Below, one piece after another: positions 36,586-45,663 of a stretch of 64,000 nt of DNA. The notes beneath the pieces were generated by a model. The model had not been told where the DNA came from, made no database searches, and was given only the letters and a program-made list of their open reading frames with translations. Each line of letters starts with the position of its first letter. The first letter of the stretch is position 1. Origin of the DNA: Candidatus Doudnabacteria bacterium (GTDB lineage Bacteria; Patescibacteriota; Doudnabacteria; UBA920; O2-02-FULL-48-8); NCBI GenBank assembly GCA_037200925.1, contig JBBCGO010000001.1, positions 383,698 to 447,697 of the forward strand, written 5' to 3'. The position numbers and the translations under genes are program-made.

Positions 36586-38217
36586 TTAACCGAATGTAAA
36601 CGTGAATGCTTCAAAGCCCGCCGCAGGAATGGTAATTTCTATCGTATGATCAGTATAATCGGCTGAATCAAAAAGCGTATATAGCTCAGAAGCACCGACC
36701 ATCACATCAGGCTGGGTCTTGCCGTCCACCGTAATGCTGATCTTTTGCGGCGTTGGGCTGTCTGCCACAATATGCACTTTGCCGGAATGGAACTTCAGCC
36801 TGATCTTACCGCTGGGTTTTGTCATCGTGATCTTATCGGAGCTGAACTGCCAAGCGCCTGACAAGGCAAAATCATTCAGATCCAAATTACTCGGGAAACT
36901 GTAATTCGTTTCCTTGCTTGAAGGCTGCTGCTGGGAAGTTAAATTAGCAAGCCGGTCAGTTCCGAAATACATTTCCGGCGAGCCGATTCCCGAAAGGTCC
37001 TGGCCCGGCTCATTCAGCGATTCCGTTCCCAGCCCCAGCAGGGTCCGGATGGCGTTTTCCATTTTATCATAATTCCCTTCGCCGAAGTCAAAGTAGACGA
37101 CATTGCCGTTCTGGTCGATCAGATACTCTGCGGGCCAATACTGATTCGAGTAGGCATTCCAAGTCGCCAATTCATTATCCTGTGCCACCGGATAATTTAT
37201 TTTGAACCGCTTGATCGCATCCGCTACATTGGCCGTGTCTTTTTCAAACTCAAACTCCGGCGAATGGACGCCCACGACAACAAACCCTTTGTCTTTATAA
37301 GTGTCATACCATTTGGTGACAAACGGCAGGGTCCGGATGCAGTTGATGCAGCTGTAGGTCCAGAAATCTATCAGCACCACTTTGCCTTTAAGTTCCTTCA
37401 TTGTCAGCGGGTCTGAATTCAGCCAATGGTCAATGCCGGTAAATTCAGGAGACGGCCCGTAATTTTTAATATCAACTGCTGTACCATTTGATCGGTTTGG
37501 ATTATTATTTGGCACGAGCTTGCTTTCCAGTGTTGAGGTCGGGAATATATTGGCAAGCTGATTCTCTATCTGGATATCAAAATTATAATACATGGCCACA
37601 GCCAGAAGAATGATCAATATTCCAAAAATTCTCTGGAGCAGGACCGAGTATTTGGCTATTCCGCGGATCTTCGTGGTCACAGCCTGACTGGCGTAAGCGA
37701 TGATCAGCATCGGTATCCCCGCTCCGATAGCATATGCTGCTAGAAGCACCAAAGATCTGACGAAATTTGCCTGCAGGGCTATCAGGGTCAGTATTGCGCC
37801 CAATACAGGGCCTGCACACGGCGTCCACACAACACCCAGGGTCATTCCGAGTATAAATCCGCCCAGATTGTCACTGCGCAGTTTTCCGGCTTGGCTGGCG
37901 CGATTGATGACGCCATTCAATCGCATAGTCAGAAGTTCAAACGGCTTTGACCAGATCATGAATACGCCGAAAATTCCCAAAAGAACGATCGCCGAGTTGC
38001 GCAAGATGTTCGGATTCAGTCCCAAATGCCTGGTCAGGTAGGACAAAAAAACGCCCAAAACGGCGAATACGATGACGAATCCGGAAACAATATATAACGG
38101 TCTTGTTTTGCTGGTATGGCCTATGGATGTGCCGAGCAGAACCGGGAGCAAAGGCAAAATACAAGGCGCTCCTATCGTCAGAACGCCTGCTAAAATCGCA
38201 AATAATATCTGGATCAT
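36586..38217 (-). CDS. DipZ-like thiol-disulfide oxidoreductase: CcdA/DsbD transmembrane domain plus thioredoxin-fold (CxxC) domain plus C-terminal beta-rich domain
   Basis: 543 aa. 6-8 TM with conserved Cys (GAPCILP, TPCAGP). TlpA-like LIDFWTYSCINCIRTLP. Confidence 0.8.
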   Translation of the reverse strand: MIQILFAILAGVLTIGAPCILPLLPVLLGTSIGHTSKTRPLYIVSGFVIVFAVLGVFLSYLTRHLGLNPNILRNSAIVLLGIFGVFMIWSKPFELLTMRLNGVINRASQAGKLRSDNLGGFILGMTLGVVWTPCAGPVLGAILTLIALQANFVRSLVLLAAYAIGAGIPMLIIAYASQAVTTKIRGIAKYSVLLQRIFGILIILLAVAMYYNFDIQIENQLANIFPTSTLESKLVPNNNPNRSNGTAVDIKNYGPSPEFTGIDHWLNSDPLTMKELKGKVVLIDFWTYSCINCIRTLPFVTKWYDTYKDKGFVVVGVHSPEFEFEKDTANVADAIKRFKINYPVAQDNELATWNAYSNQYWPAEYLIDQNGNVVYFDFGEGNYDKMENAIRTLLGLGTESLNEPGQDLSGIGSPEMYFGTDRLANLTSQQQPSSKETNYSFPSNLDLNDFALSGAWQFSSDKITMTKPSGKIRLKFHSGKVHIVADSPTPQKISITVDGKTQPDVMVGASELYTLFDSADYTDHTIEITIPAAGFEAFTFTFG

Positions 38218-38223
38218 TAAATA

Positions 38224-38259
38224 AATTATATCAAAAAACCGCCATTTTGGCGATCTTTG
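38224..38259 (-). promoter_or_regulatory. Composite element, copy 3: (degenerate) terminator hairpin plus minus-strand extended -10 TGATATAAT
   Basis: aattatatcaaaaaaccgccattttggcgatctttg. The first 16 nt are identical to copy 2. Confidence 0.4.
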
Positions 38260-38270
38260 TTCAATTCTTT

Positions 38271-39671
38271 TTAAACTTCAAAACTTTCCAGCAGCTTTGG
38301 AATGGTGATCTTGAAATCAGGATGACCTTGCTCCAGAATTTCTTTCAGCGCTTCGGCTTGCGGCAGTTCGGTGTGGACCAAAAATAAATTCTTCAGGCCC
38401 TGGATATTTTTTATATAATCTTTCAAAAAATCCTGATCCCCGTGCGCGCTGAATTCGTTCATGGTAATAACGCGAGCGCGAATATTTAAACTGGAACCCA
38501 AAATTTGTATGGGACTTTCACCGTGATGTATTTTCCGGCCAAGCGTGCCCTCGGCCTGATATCCTGTGATCAAGATCGTATTTTTCGGATCTTCAATATT
38601 GTTCTTCAAATGATGAAGGATGCGGCCGCCTTCCATCATTCCTGAAGAGGATATGATGATGAATGGCCCGGGTCTGGTATTCAAAGCCTTGGATTCTTCC
38701 ACCGTATGAATATACTGCAAATTTTTGAATGCCAGAGGCAGTTCATTTTTGCTGAAAAAATCCTGATCGGTCTCAGCGTCAAAATCTTCTTCGTGCTTGG
38801 CAAAAACTTCGCTGATGTTCAGCGCCAGCGGGCTGTCAACGAATATGGGAATGTCCTGGACGATCTTCCGGTCCGTCAGATCATGCAGAATATACACCAA
38901 TTCCTGCGTCCGGCCCAGAGCGAATGCCGGAATGATGATCTTGCCGCGGTTTTTGATGGCGAAATCTATGACTTCGCGCAGCTGGCCGGCAGCATCAGAC
39001 AAAGGTTTGTGTTTGGTCCCTCCGTAAGTTGCCTCGCTGATCAGAACATCGGAATTTTCCTGTACAGGCTCCGGGTCATGCAGGATCGGCGCTCCCGGCT
39101 GGCCTATATCACCGGTATAAGCCAAACCTCTGATAGTATCGTTCTCCTTGATCTCAAGATAAGTAATTGCGGATCCTAAAATATGGCCCGCGTCGTAAAA
39201 TTTAAACCGGATGCGGTCATTGATCTGGGTCCATTGCCCGGTTAAACGAAAATACGGGACGATCTCAAAATACTGGAAGATATTTTCAGCCTCTTCTTTC
39301 GTGTACATGACGCCGGGACTGGGAATTCCCGGGTGATTCTGAGCGTATTTGGAATCCATGGACTGGACCATGGCGCTGTCGATCAAAATAAATTTGGCGA
39401 TATCTGCCGTGGCACCGGTGCAATAAATTTTTCCTTTGAATCCGTTCTTTACTAGAATGGGCAGCATGCCGCAATGATCCGCATGAGCATGCGATAAAAT
39501 AACGCAGTCAATAGTCTTGGCATCAAAAGGCAAGGTCTGATGTTCCGGATCCCCGCCGGTGTGTTCGCCCTGCTGCAAACCGCAATCCAAAAGTATTCTG
39601 GATCCTTGCGTTTCGAGCAAATGTTTGGAACCGGTGACAGTTTGCGCCGCGCCGTAAAAAGTTATTTTCAT
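38271..39671 (-). CDS. MBL-fold beta-CASP family hydrolase (RNA-metabolising metallo-beta-lactamase)
   Basis: 466 aa. HAHADH motif (ILSHAHADHCG). beta-CASP insert and C-terminal RNA-specificity-type region. Confidence 0.8.
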   Translation of the reverse strand: MKITFYGAAQTVTGSKHLLETQGSRILLDCGLQQGEHTGGDPEHQTLPFDAKTIDCVILSHAHADHCGMLPILVKNGFKGKIYCTGATADIAKFILIDSAMVQSMDSKYAQNHPGIPSPGVMYTKEEAENIFQYFEIVPYFRLTGQWTQINDRIRFKFYDAGHILGSAITYLEIKENDTIRGLAYTGDIGQPGAPILHDPEPVQENSDVLISEATYGGTKHKPLSDAAGQLREVIDFAIKNRGKIIIPAFALGRTQELVYILHDLTDRKIVQDIPIFVDSPLALNISEVFAKHEEDFDAETDQDFFSKNELPLAFKNLQYIHTVEESKALNTRPGPFIIISSSGMMEGGRILHHLKNNIEDPKNTILITGYQAEGTLGRKIHHGESPIQILGSSLNIRARVITMNEFSAHGDQDFLKDYIKNIQGLKNLFLVHTELPQAEALKEILEQGHPDFKITIPKLLESFEV

Positions 39672-39674
39672 ATT

Positions 39675-42600
39675 TTACTCTTTAATGTCCCCTCCCGTAC
39701 TAGGAAAACTGGGTACTTGTCCAGAATTGTTCATTTGAACAATGGGTCCTTGGGGGAGCAGCAGATCCAGGCTGTTGGCAGGGAGCACGTCTTTGAATTG
39801 ATAGCCATAGGAGTAGAAGACTGCTTCAGACGGAAAACCATACCGAAGATCAGTGCCCAGAAGATATACGGTTCCCTGATTAAGAATCAAAGCTCCTACC
39901 GGGTGCCTGATGTTGGAAGAAAGGATGGATTCCCCTTCAGGAATAGCACTCGTGTCTGCTCGTATGACATTGGATAGTTTGTATCCTAGGGCTGTGAATA
40001 CGGCCATAGAGACAAAAGGACGTTTAAAGCCCTGGGACATGACATAGATCACCCCATGGTCCAGCAGAAGAGAGCCGTCTGATGTTAGGGTATTGGAAGC
40101 CTGCTGATTCGTACCTGGTGGTACATATGGGGCACAACAGGTTGGGCCTCCTCCGCCAGAAGGTGGAGGTGGAGGCGGAGGGGGCGGAGTTGAACCACCG
40201 AAATTCCAGTTGATATTGCCTCCCCCATCAATACAATTGGTACAGGTGACCACGGATGTAGCATGAGATGAGGATACGGAGAGATATGATAGAACACTTG
40301 AACCTTGGGAGTCTAGATTCCAGGCAGAGGAACCTGTGGTGAATTTCTGGATGCGGCCGTTGTTGGCATCTGCGACATAAATATTACCGGAGTGGTCCAT
40401 TGTAATACCTAGCGGAACAGCAAACTGGCCATCGCCCGAACCAGGTATCCCGCTCTGACATCCGGAGGTGCAAATTTGAAACGCATTTGTTGTTCCATCT
40501 TGAACACCCCAGCCGAATGTGAGGAGTAAATTACCCGAAGGGTCGAATTTCTCAATGCGGTTGTTTTGGATGTTGGCGACATAAATATTATTTGATGAGT
40601 CAATTGCAATACCTTGGGGATCGATAAACTGTCCATAGCCCCCACCTTCCGAACCAGCCTGGCATCCGGATGTGCAGATCTCAAACTGATCTGCTCCATC
40701 CTGCACTCCCCAGCCGATGGTATACTCAAAGACCGGCTCACCCGTGTTCAGAGAAAATTTCTGGATGCGGCTATTGTCAGAATCTGTGACATAGATATTA
40801 TTGAACGAGTCAATTGCAAGGAATGCTGGCTCATTGAACTGGCCGGCATCCGAACCTCGTATCCCACCCTGGCATCCGGAGGTGCAAATTTGAAACGCAT
40901 TTGTTGTTCCATCTTGAACACCCCAGCCGAAGGTGGAAAGAAAAGCACCGTCAGGGTCAAATTTCTGGATGCGGTTATTGCTAGCATCTACAACATAAAT
41001 GTTGCCCGAAGAGTCAAATACAATTCCTTGAGGATACTCAAATTGCCCATCGCCGGAACCTTCGGTTCCCCATTGAGTTACAAATCCTTCACCGGAATTG
41101 AATACCTCAATACGATGATTACTGCTATCCGTGACATAAATATTATTGGAAGAGTCAATTGCAATACCTCCGGGAACTAAGAATTGGCCGTCACCGCTGC
41201 CGCCAATCCCAGTTTGACAGCCCGATGTGCAGATCTCAAACTGATCTGCTCCAGTTTGTACTCCCCAGCCGAAGGTGGAAAGGAAATTGCCGGAAGGGTC
41301 AAATTTCTGGATGCGGCTATTTCCTTGATCCACGACATAAATATTACCTGAAGAGTCATTTGCAATGCCTATAGGATTATTTAATTCTCCTTCTGGGCTA
41401 CTATTGCCGAACTTTGAGAGAAAATTCTCTGAAGGATCAAATTTCTCGATACGTATGCCGCTGTCCGCAACATAAATATTGCCGGAAGCATCAACCGTAA
41501 CACCTACAGGTAAACTTGTCTGCCCCTCGCCCCCTGGCACATCTGGGTCATCGGCGGGTATCCCAGCCTGGCAGCCGGATGTGCAAATCTGAAATTCTTC
41601 TGTTCCGTCCAGCACTCCCCAGCCGAAAGTAGATTGAAAGGCGCCATTAGAACCAAATACCTGAATGCGACTATTGCCATAATCTGCAACATAAATATTA
41701 TCTGAGGAGTCGGTTGTAATACCGCCGGATGCATTGAATTGTCCGGCACCTGGGCCGGATATCCCGGCCTGACATCCTGACGTGCAGGTTTGGAATGCAT
41801 TTGCACCAGTCTGCACCCCCCAGCCAAAGGTAGATTGAAAGGCGCCCGAAGTATTAAATTTCTGGATACGGCTATTGTCGTTGTCTGCAACATAAATATT
41901 ATCTGAGGAGTCAATGGCTATATAATAAGGATGCTTTAATTGGCCATCGCCTGAGCCAAAACTTCCCCATGCGGAAATAAAGTGGCCGTCGGGACCAAAT
42001 TTCTGGATGCGATTATTGCCGGCATCAGAAATATAGACATTGCCTGAAGAATCGGCCGCAACACTAATACCGCCAGACCCGTCAAATTGGCCGGGACCGG
42101 AGCCTGCTATTCCGGCCTGACAGTTTGAATTACAGACTTGGAATGCAGGTGTTCCATCCAGCACCCCCCAACCAAAGGTTTTAATGAAAGTACCGGCGGA
42201 TGTGAATTCCTGGACGCGATTAGTATCTACTATGTAAATATTATTAGAGGAATCAACTATAATACCGCCGGGCGCATCGAATTGGCCGTCTCCCGTGCCG
42301 AAACTTCCCCATTTGATAATAAAATTGCCGGAAGGATCAAATTTCTGGATGCGGTTATTGTTAACATCTACGGCGTAAATATTTCCTGAGGAGTCATGCG
42401 CAATGCCTGTGATCTGGCTAAAATTTCCATCAACGGTATTGCTTCCTATACCAAACTTCGAAGCAAACACAGGCTGACCGGTGCCGGGTGCATGGTTCAA
42501 AGTCAGTAATCCCGTAGAAACACCAGTCAGAGTAAGTGTGCCTGTGACAGTTGTAGTATTAGCAGGGTCAAAGGATAAGGTGTCTGCAATGGTTGTGATC

Positions 42601-45600
42601 TTGGTTAAGTTATAGAAAGTATTGGAACCAAGTATGGTTTGGTTGGTTCCTGTGAGGATAACTGTGGAGGTATCGGCATGCAATTCGCCGTTATTGGTAA
42701 GGTTCCCTGAGATATTGAATGTGTTTGTACCCAGATGTAAGGCGCCCCCATCTGAGATGGTGATATCATCGATGGATTGATCATTGGTTAATGTAACTTC
42801 ATTATTTATCGTGGCGGAATCCAGATAAGTTGGATAATCAATACCCGCGATCCCGGGAGAAGTATTGCCCCAGGTAGCCCCATCATTCCAATTGCCGTCT
42901 TGTACAGAAGTAAAAGAAGAAGGAACCAATACGGTTACAAAGTTCCAGTTGATGTTCCCTCCTTCATCAGTACAATTGGTACAAGTGACGGCAGATGCCG
43001 AGTGAGATGAAGATACGGAAAGATATGATAGTGCGCTGGATCCTGAAGAGTTTAGATTCCAGGTATCGGCAGAGGTGGTGAATTTTTGGGTGTAAACATA
43101 AATATTATTTAATGGGTCAACCGCTATGATCCCAGGTTCTGAGAACTGGCCATCACCCGCGAAACCATTTATTCCACCCTGACATCCGGAGAAACAAGTC
43201 TCAAAATGATTTGCTCCATCCAGCACGCCCCAGCCGAATGTGAGAAGGAAATGGCCTGCTGGGTCAAGTTTCTGGATACGGCTGCTTTGACTGTCGCTGA
43301 CATAAAGGTTGCCCGATGAGTCGATGGCAATACCTTGAGGACCATTAAGCTCACCATCACCCATACCGGCTATTCCAGCCTGGCAATTGGATGTACAAGA
43401 CTCCCACATATTTGCGCCAGTTTGTACTCCCCAGCCGAAAGTGGAGAGAAACGTGCCCGAGGAATCAAATTTCTGGATGCGATTATTGAAATTATCCGGG
43501 ACATAAACATTATTAGAAGAATCAACCGCTACACTGTTAAGCCCGCTAAACTCACTTTCGCTTGTGCCGGGACTTCCCCATTTGGTAACGAAGTTGCCGG
43601 AAGGGCCGAATTTCTCGATGCGGGTATTCCCGTTATCTGCAACATAAAGATTGCCGAATGAGTCGAAGACCATAGCCTGAGAATTATTAAATTGGCCATC
43701 GCCTGAACCAACTATTCCACCCTGGCATCCGGAGGTACAGATCTCAAATTGATTTGCTCCATCCTGCACTCCCCAGCCGAAAGTGGAAAGGAAATGACCT
43801 CCCGAGTCAAATTTTTCAATACGGCTGTTTAGATTTCCGGCATCACTAACGTATATGTTACCCAGGGTGTCGGTTGTAATACCCTGAGGAAGATTGAATT
43901 GCCCGTCACCCGAACCTGCTAAGCCAACCTGACATCCGGAGGTACAGATCTCAAATTGATTTGCTCCATCCTGCACTCCCCAGCCAAAGGTAAAGAGGAA
44001 ATGGCCTGACGGATCAAATTTCTGGATGCGGTCACTGAAACTGTCTGCAACATAAAAATTTCCTGAAGCGTCGGCTCTTATGCCTCCGGCTTGATTTATT
44101 ACGCCTTCCGCTTGGTTATCGCCGAATATTGAGAGGAAATTACCCGAAGGATCAAATATCTTGACTCTGTAATTGTTCGAGTCCGTGACGTAAACTTTGC
44201 CGGAAGAGTCGGTTGAAATACCTGCGGGGGAAAAAACAAAAAAACTGTCACCGGAGGGAGGACTTTCCCACTCGGTGAAAAAACTGCCGTCAGAGTGAAA
44301 TTTCTCTATGCGGGCATTATTACCGGCCCAATCAGCAACATAAATATCGCCCGCTTGATCAACTGTAATAACCTGGGGATTAGAAAACTGGTCCAGACCA
44401 TCTCCTGTAATTCCAGCCAGGCAAGGCGTTGTTAAGTTTGTACAGATCTCAAAATGATTTGCTCCATCCTGTACTCCCCATCCGAAGGTGGACAGGAAAG
44501 TGCCGGCCGAATCAAATTTCTCAACTCGATAGTTGCCGTTATCGATTACGTAGAGATCATCTGATGAATCAATGGCGATGCCTAAGGGCTGATTAAACTC
44601 GCCATCGCCAGAGCCAATACTTCCCCACTGGGAAATGTAATTACCCGCAGAGTCAAATTTCTGGATACGATTATTGTTAGTATCTGTCACATAAAGAAAG
44701 TCGTCAGATGAGTCGATGGTAATGCCTGAAGGCTGATTAAACTCGCCATCGCCAGAGCCAATACTTCCCCACTGGGAAATGTAATTACCGGAAGAATCGA
44801 ATTTTTCGATACGATTATTGCCACTATCTACAACGTAGACATCAGAAGCGTCAGCAGTAGTTGTAATACCGGTAACACTATCAAACTGCCCATTGTCTGT
44901 GCCACCACCTCCCCATCTCGTAATGAAGTTGCCTGAGTGGTCAAGTTTCTGGATGTAATTATTGGAGTCATCCGCCACGTAGAAGTTACCCAAAGAATCG
45001 GTGGCAATGGCAGTCGGCGACTGAAAATTTCCACCAACCGAAAATGTATCAATCCCGATCCTGGAATCAAAAACAGGGCCATTGCTGGGTGAATGATTAA
45101 CAGTCAGCAGTCCCGTAGAAACTCCGGTAAGGGTCAGTGTGCCTGTGACGGTAGTAGTATTAGCCGGATCAAAGGAAAGAGTGTCTGCAACAGTTGTGAT
45201 TTTGGTTAAGTTATAAAAGTTATTATTTCCCAGTATTGTCTGGTTGCTGCCTGTAAGGATAACATGGGAAGTGCCGGCATTCAGGGTGCCGTTATTAGTA
45301 AAGTTCCCGGAGACAGAGAAAACGCGTGTTCCCAGATCTAAAGTGCCGCCATCTGAGATAGTGATATCGTGGACGGATCGGTCTTGTGTTAGTGTTACGT
45401 TGTTTTCTATAGTCGCATCATCTGTCGGACCTGGAAAATCAACCCCAATGACTCCGGGAGAGGTATTGCCCCAGGTAGCTCCGTCATTCCAGTTCCCGTC
45501 CTGCGCGGAGGTGAAAGAGGAGGCAAAAGCTTTATGGGGAGCCAGAATAGCCAAAGCAAAAAAAACCGCCAGCAAAAAAGGCATTGCTGGAAAAAATTTC

Positions 45601-45626
45601 AATCGTGTTTTTGTTTCAGGCCCCAT
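39675..45626 (-). CDS. Giant secreted NHL-repeat (multi-beta-propeller) protein with poly-Pro hinge and conserved C-terminal domain
   Basis: 1983 aa. Signal peptide. More than 40 NHL-type blades (recurring ..YV.D..N.RIQKFD..G.F...FG..G...G.F..P.GIA.D..). Cys-containing TSGCQ insertions. PPPPPPPPPSGGGGPTCCAPY then an approximately 230-aa C-terminal domain. Confidence 0.85.
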   Translation of the reverse strand: MGPETKTRLKFFPAMPFLLAVFFALAILAPHKAFASSFTSAQDGNWNDGATWGNTSPGVIGVDFPGPTDDATIENNVTLTQDRSVHDITISDGGTLDLGTRVFSVSGNFTNNGTLNAGTSHVILTGSNQTILGNNNFYNLTKITTVADTLSFDPANTTTVTGTLTLTGVSTGLLTVNHSPSNGPVFDSRIGIDTFSVGGNFQSPTAIATDSLGNFYVADDSNNYIQKLDHSGNFITRWGGGGTDNGQFDSVTGITTTADASDVYVVDSGNNRIEKFDSSGNYISQWGSIGSGDGEFNQPSGITIDSSDDFLYVTDTNNNRIQKFDSAGNYISQWGSIGSGDGEFNQPLGIAIDSSDDLYVIDNGNYRVEKFDSAGTFLSTFGWGVQDGANHFEICTNLTTPCLAGITGDGLDQFSNPQVITVDQAGDIYVADWAGNNARIEKFHSDGSFFTEWESPPSGDSFFVFSPAGISTDSSGKVYVTDSNNYRVKIFDPSGNFLSIFGDNQAEGVINQAGGIRADASGNFYVADSFSDRIQKFDPSGHFLFTFGWGVQDGANQFEICTSGCQVGLAGSGDGQFNLPQGITTDTLGNIYVSDAGNLNSRIEKFDSGGHFLSTFGWGVQDGANQFEICTSGCQGGIVGSGDGQFNNSQAMVFDSFGNLYVADNGNTRIEKFGPSGNFVTKWGSPGTSESEFSGLNSVAVDSSNNVYVPDNFNNRIQKFDSSGTFLSTFGWGVQTGANMWESCTSNCQAGIAGMGDGELNGPQGIAIDSSGNLYVSDSQSSRIQKLDPAGHFLLTFGWGVLDGANHFETCFSGCQGGINGFAGDGQFSEPGIIAVDPLNNIYVYTQKFTTSADTWNLNSSGSSALSYLSVSSSHSASAVTCTNCTDEGGNINWNFVTVLVPSSFTSVQDGNWNDGATWGNTSPGIAGIDYPTYLDSATINNEVTLTNDQSIDDITISDGGALHLGTNTFNISGNLTNNGELHADTSTVILTGTNQTILGSNTFYNLTKITTIADTLSFDPANTTTVTGTLTLTGVSTGLLTLNHAPGTGQPVFASKFGIGSNTVDGNFSQITGIAHDSSGNIYAVDVNNNRIQKFDPSGNFIIKWGSFGTGDGQFDAPGGIIVDSSNNIYIVDTNRVQEFTSAGTFIKTFGWGVLDGTPAFQVCNSNCQAGIAGSGPGQFDGSGGISVAADSSGNVYISDAGNNRIQKFGPDGHFISAWGSFGSGDGQLKHPYYIAIDSSDNIYVADNDNSRIQKFNTSGAFQSTFGWGVQTGANAFQTCTSGCQAGISGPGAGQFNASGGITTDSSDNIYVADYGNSRIQVFGSNGAFQSTFGWGVLDGTEEFQICTSGCQAGIPADDPDVPGGEGQTSLPVGVTVDASGNIYVADSGIRIEKFDPSENFLSKFGNSSPEGELNNPIGIANDSSGNIYVVDQGNSRIQKFDPSGNFLSTFGWGVQTGADQFEICTSGCQTGIGGSGDGQFLVPGGIAIDSSNNIYVTDSSNHRIEVFNSGEGFVTQWGTEGSGDGQFEYPQGIVFDSSGNIYVVDASNNRIQKFDPDGAFLSTFGWGVQDGTTNAFQICTSGCQGGIRGSDAGQFNEPAFLAIDSFNNIYVTDSDNSRIQKFSLNTGEPVFEYTIGWGVQDGADQFEICTSGCQAGSEGGGYGQFIDPQGIAIDSSNNIYVANIQNNRIEKFDPSGNLLLTFGWGVQDGTTNAFQICTSGCQSGIPGSGDGQFAVPLGITMDHSGNIYVADANNGRIQKFTTGSSAWNLDSQGSSVLSYLSVSSSHATSVVTCTNCIDGGGNINWNFGGSTPPPPPPPPPSGGGGPTCCAPYVPPGTNQQASNTLTSDGSLLLDHGVIYVMSQGFKRPFVSMAVFTALGYKLSNVIRADTSAIPEGESILSSNIRHPVGALILNQGTVYLLGTDLRYGFPSEAVFYSYGYQFKDVLPANSLDLLLPQGPIVQMNNSGQVPSFPSTGGDIKE

Positions 45627-45663
45627 AATAATTTAAGATGTGATCTATTAAAACTTCTTTGTT

